Assembly: GCA_964410065.1 (NCBI GenBank) | Contig: CAYPFO010000007.1 | Location: 4,499-68,498 of the forward strand | Source: an uncultured Pseudomonas sp. | GTDB taxonomy: Bacteria > Pseudomonadota > Gammaproteobacteria > Pseudomonadales > Pseudomonadaceae | Reading direction: 5' to 3' | DNA length: 64,000 bases | Shown: in pieces, positions 61,509 through 64,000 of the stretch | Layout of the letters: each line of letters opens with the position of its first letter | Position numbering within the stretch: the first letter of the stretch is position 1 | The notes under the pieces: generated by a model | What the model saw: only the letters and a program-made list of their open reading frames with translations | What the model was told of the DNA's origin: nothing | Databases searched by the model: none | Translations under genes and position numbers: made by a program

Positions 61509-61976
61509 TTACAGGCGTACTGACGACAGCAGTTGCTCCAGCGCCACCAGGTCCGGAATTTTCGCCACGTCCTCCGCCGCCTGTACGGCGGCCAGCTCCA
61601 GCGGGGCGAGAGGACTTGGGGCGGAGGGCAGGGTACGGTCGACTTTCATGGCGCGTGGAATGCCTTGTACCAGCAAGGCAATGAACTTCACCTGGGGCTG
61701 CCCGCCAATGGCGTTGAGGATCACGACGCGGGCCTGCTCGCCGACCTGTACCTGGCCGTTGCTGGCGGCTTCGAAGGACACCAGTGGCAGGCTCAGGTCG
61801 CGCCAGATGATGCGACCCAACAGCCAATCAGGCGCATTGGCGATCGCCTGGGGTACCTGGTAGGCAATCAGTTCGGCCACCGCCACGTTGGGCAGCAGCA
61901 AGGTGCGGTCGGCCAGCGGCAACAGCAATCCGCTGAGGTTGTTGGTGTCATTCTGGGAGGCTACGGCATGGCTCAT
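61509..61976 (-). CDS. chpC: CheW-like coupling protein of the Chp/Pil chemosensory cluster
   Basis: 155-aa single CheW domain (LLLPNVAVAELI..., GRIIWRDLSLPLVSFE). It lies directly downstream of chpB. The symbol is assigned by synteny with PAO1 (recalled). Confidence 0.7.
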   Translation of the reverse strand: MSHAVASQNDTNNLSGLLLPLADRTLLLPNVAVAELIAYQVPQAIANAPDWLLGRIIWRDLSLPLVSFEAASNGQVQVGEQARVVILNAIGGQPQVKFIALLVQGIPRAMKVDRTLPSAPSPLAPLELAAVQAAEDVAKIPDLVALEQLLSSVRL

Positions 61977-62012
61977 GGAGGGTTTTCCTTGGGCGCGTAA
62001 AAAGAATACGTT

Positions 62013-63029
62013 TCAGCCGCATTGCGCGGCCAGGTGGCGAACCAGGGCCTGGGCCAGTGCGTGGGGATCGCCGCTGAAACTGCTGTAATCGCCGTCGCGC
62101 AGGCTGTCGGGCATGCTCGAGCAGGCGCAGCTGTCGGCACTCTGGGTCCAGATCACACCGCCCTGGCGCCGCACATAGGCCGCAGCGGCGCTGCCATCGC
62201 TGCCCATGCCGCTGAAGGCAATGACCCCGCAGCGGGCACCGAACTGCTGCGCCAGGTTAAGCATCATTTGGTCGATGGACGGGCTGTAGGGTTCTGGCCA
62301 GGCACGCGTACCAAGGCTCAGACGTCCTTGGTCATCAAAGCCCAGTTCGCGGGCAATTGGCACCACGCGAATTTCGCCGTTGCACAGCACCTCGCCCTGC
62401 TCGACCAGACGCACCGGCCACTGGCTGTGGCGACCGACCGCCTGGGGCAGGCTGGCCTCGAAACTCGCATCGATATGCTGGGCATACAGCAGGCCCACCG
62501 GCAGACCGCCCGGCAACGCATCCAGAAAGGCCTTGACCGCTTCCGGGCCACCCAGCGAAGCGGCCAGCAGCCACACCTGAGTGGCCGGCTCGCCAGCGGC
62601 CAACGGCTGGTTGGCCAGCGCTGTGGGCAACGCAATGCGGGTCGGTCGTTGGGCTTCGCCCAGCAGCGCTTGCAGGCTGGGCCCGACCGCATCGGCGGGA
62701 TCGCCAATGAGGCGCTTGAGTTTGCCAAACAGCCGCCGCTCCCAGCGCGGGAAATGCTCGGAATTACGCTCCGGGGCACGCCCTTCGCCAAACAGCACCG
62801 GCGCCTGCTGTTCCAGCAGGCTGTCGAGCAACGGCAGATCGTCCGACTGAGCCAGATCGACCAGCCACAAATCGGTTTCGCATGCCTGCAGGTCGGAAGG
62901 TTGCAGGCGTTCCGGATCGCTGTTGAGCACCACCTGATAACCACAGCCGAGCAGCACATGCTGCAGCACATGGCGCTGCAGCGTGGTATCGGCAATCACG
63001 GCGATGCGTGCCGCCTGGCGTACCGTCAT
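62013..63029 (-). CDS. chpB: CheB-like protein-glutamate methylesterase with degenerate receiver domain
   Basis: 338 aa with a C-terminal CheB_methylest pattern (VWLLAASLGGPEAVKAFL, IAFSGMGSDG). ATGA overlap with the upstream kinase gene. Confidence 0.78.
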   Translation of the reverse strand: MTVRQAARIAVIADTTLQRHVLQHVLLGCGYQVVLNSDPERLQPSDLQACETDLWLVDLAQSDDLPLLDSLLEQQAPVLFGEGRAPERNSEHFPRWERRLFGKLKRLIGDPADAVGPSLQALLGEAQRPTRIALPTALANQPLAAGEPATQVWLLAASLGGPEAVKAFLDALPGGLPVGLLYAQHIDASFEASLPQAVGRHSQWPVRLVEQGEVLCNGEIRVVPIARELGFDDQGRLSLGTRAWPEPYSPSIDQMMLNLAQQFGARCGVIAFSGMGSDGSAAAAYVRRQGGVIWTQSADSCACSSMPDSLRDGDYSSFSGDPHALAQALVRHLAAQCG

Positions 63030-64000
63030 GGATGTTGGACCAGCGCGGCGATGCGCTCCAGCAGCAACGCCTCCTGATAGGGTTTGCCGAGGTAGTCGTT
63101 GACGCCGATGGCCGTGGCCCGTTCGCGGTGTTTTTCACCGGTCCGCGAGGTGATCATGATGATCGGCAGGTCCTTGAGCTGTTCATCGTGGCGGACCAGG
63201 GTCGCGACTTCGAAACCGTCCATGCGCGGCATTTCCACGTCCAGCAGCATCAGGTCGGGCTTGTGCTCCTGCAGCTGAGCGATGGCATCGACACCGTCCT
63301 TGGCCAGCAGAACCTGCATGCCATGGCGCTCCAGCAGGCGGCTGGTGACCTTGCGTACGGTCACCGAATCGTCGACCACCATGACGCGGATGGGACGTTG
63401 CGAGTCGGTTTCTTCGCTCAGTAGCGGTGTGGCGCTGCGCCGGTAGTGCAGGGCAAGTCGGCCTTGCAGGCTGCGCAGAGTAGCCAGCAGATCGAGAATC
63501 ACCACCACCCGACCATCGCCGAGCAGTGTGGCGCCGGAAATACCCGGAACCCCGGCGAATTGCGGACCGAGGCTCTTCACCACGATTTCCCGCGAGCCGG
63601 CCAGGCTGTCGACCTGCACAGCCACTGCCTGTTCGGCCGAACGCACCAGGATCACCGGCAGCGGCAGATTCTGACCGACCAGTTTGGGATGCTGGCCGTT
63701 GTTGAGCAGATCACCCAGATAACGCAGTTGGTAGGCCTGTCCGGCGTATTCGAAGCGGGGTGCATCCGGCTGGTAGTAAGCCTCCAGCTCGAAGGGTGAA
63801 ACCCGCACGATGCCTTCGATGGTGTTCAGCGGAATGGCGTACAGGTCTTCCCCGGAAAGCACCATTAGCGCACGGTTCACCGACACGGTGAACGGTAGGC
63901 GCACCAGGAAGCGAGTGCCCTTGCCCGGTGTCGACTCGATGCTCATCGAGCCACCCAATTGGCGAACTTCGGAGTTCACCACATCCAGGCCGACGCCGCG
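63026..64000 (-). CDS. chpA: C-terminal part of a ChpA-type CheA hybrid histidine kinase (partial, continues beyond the window)
   Basis: The frame is open to base 64000. The visible part comprises the end of HATPase_c (GGSMSIESTPGKGTRFLVRLP), a CheW-like domain and a C-terminal receiver (IRVMVVDDS...DLMLLDVEMPRMDG). Confidence 0.8.
   Translation of the reverse strand, partial: RGVGLDVVNSEVRQLGGSMSIESTPGKGTRFLVRLPFTVSVNRALMVLSGEDLYAIPLNTIEGIVRVSPFELEAYYQPDAPRFEYAGQAYQLRYLGDLLNNGQHPKLVGQNLPLPVILVRSAEQAVAVQVDSLAGSREIVVKSLGPQFAGVPGISGATLLGDGRVVVILDLLATLRSLQGRLALHYRRSATPLLSEETDSQRPIRVMVVDDSVTVRKVTSRLLERHGMQVLLAKDGVDAIAQLQEHKPDLMLLDVEMPRMDGFEVATLVRHDEQLKDLPIIMITSRTGEKHRERATAIGVNDYLGKPYQEALLLERIAALVQHP

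Overview
High-GC (roughly mid-60s % G+C) chromosomal segment that reads like core Pseudomonas genome. I can support about 62 protein-coding genes. I found no rRNA or tRNA genes, CRISPR arrays, integrases, transposases, prophage genes or recognisable defence or toxin-antitoxin modules. From memory of P. aeruginosa PAO1 (not searched), the left block (phoR-phoB, ubiCA, rubredoxin genes, recG-oxyR, spoT-rpoZ-gmk-yicC, rph, crc, pyrE, argB, algC, dut, coaBC, radC) follows PA5361 to PA5319. It differs by a P. putida-like exbB-exbD-tonB operon next to oxyR. The right block (SAH riboswitch-ahcY-metF, rhlE, a MexAB-OprM-type RND operon, yceI, cytochrome b561, bioA, rsmE, chpC-chpB-chpA) follows PA0432 to PA0413. 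A roughly 10 kb segment lies between them (ald, SPFH/NfeD, yccS, greAB-like, ygjP-like, ligB, cytochrome c'). I do not see a clear, strongly supported novel system. The best candidate is a tightly coupled three-gene sulfur module at 24.1-26.8 kb: a periplasmic triple-rhodanese protein, a YeeE-type channel and a 70-aa Cys-rich membrane micro-protein. It has its own 27% G+C promoter island and sits where PAO1 has nothing. Secondary leads are listed below:
- a 384-residue two-TM extension fused to AlgC
- a MexAB-type operon with no adjacent repressor but a palindrome/direct-repeat operator
- an NfeD-SPFH-alanine dehydrogenase operon
- several dispersed repeat families
All family assignments come from motif recognition by eye, and coordinates of non-coding elements may be off by 1-2 nt.
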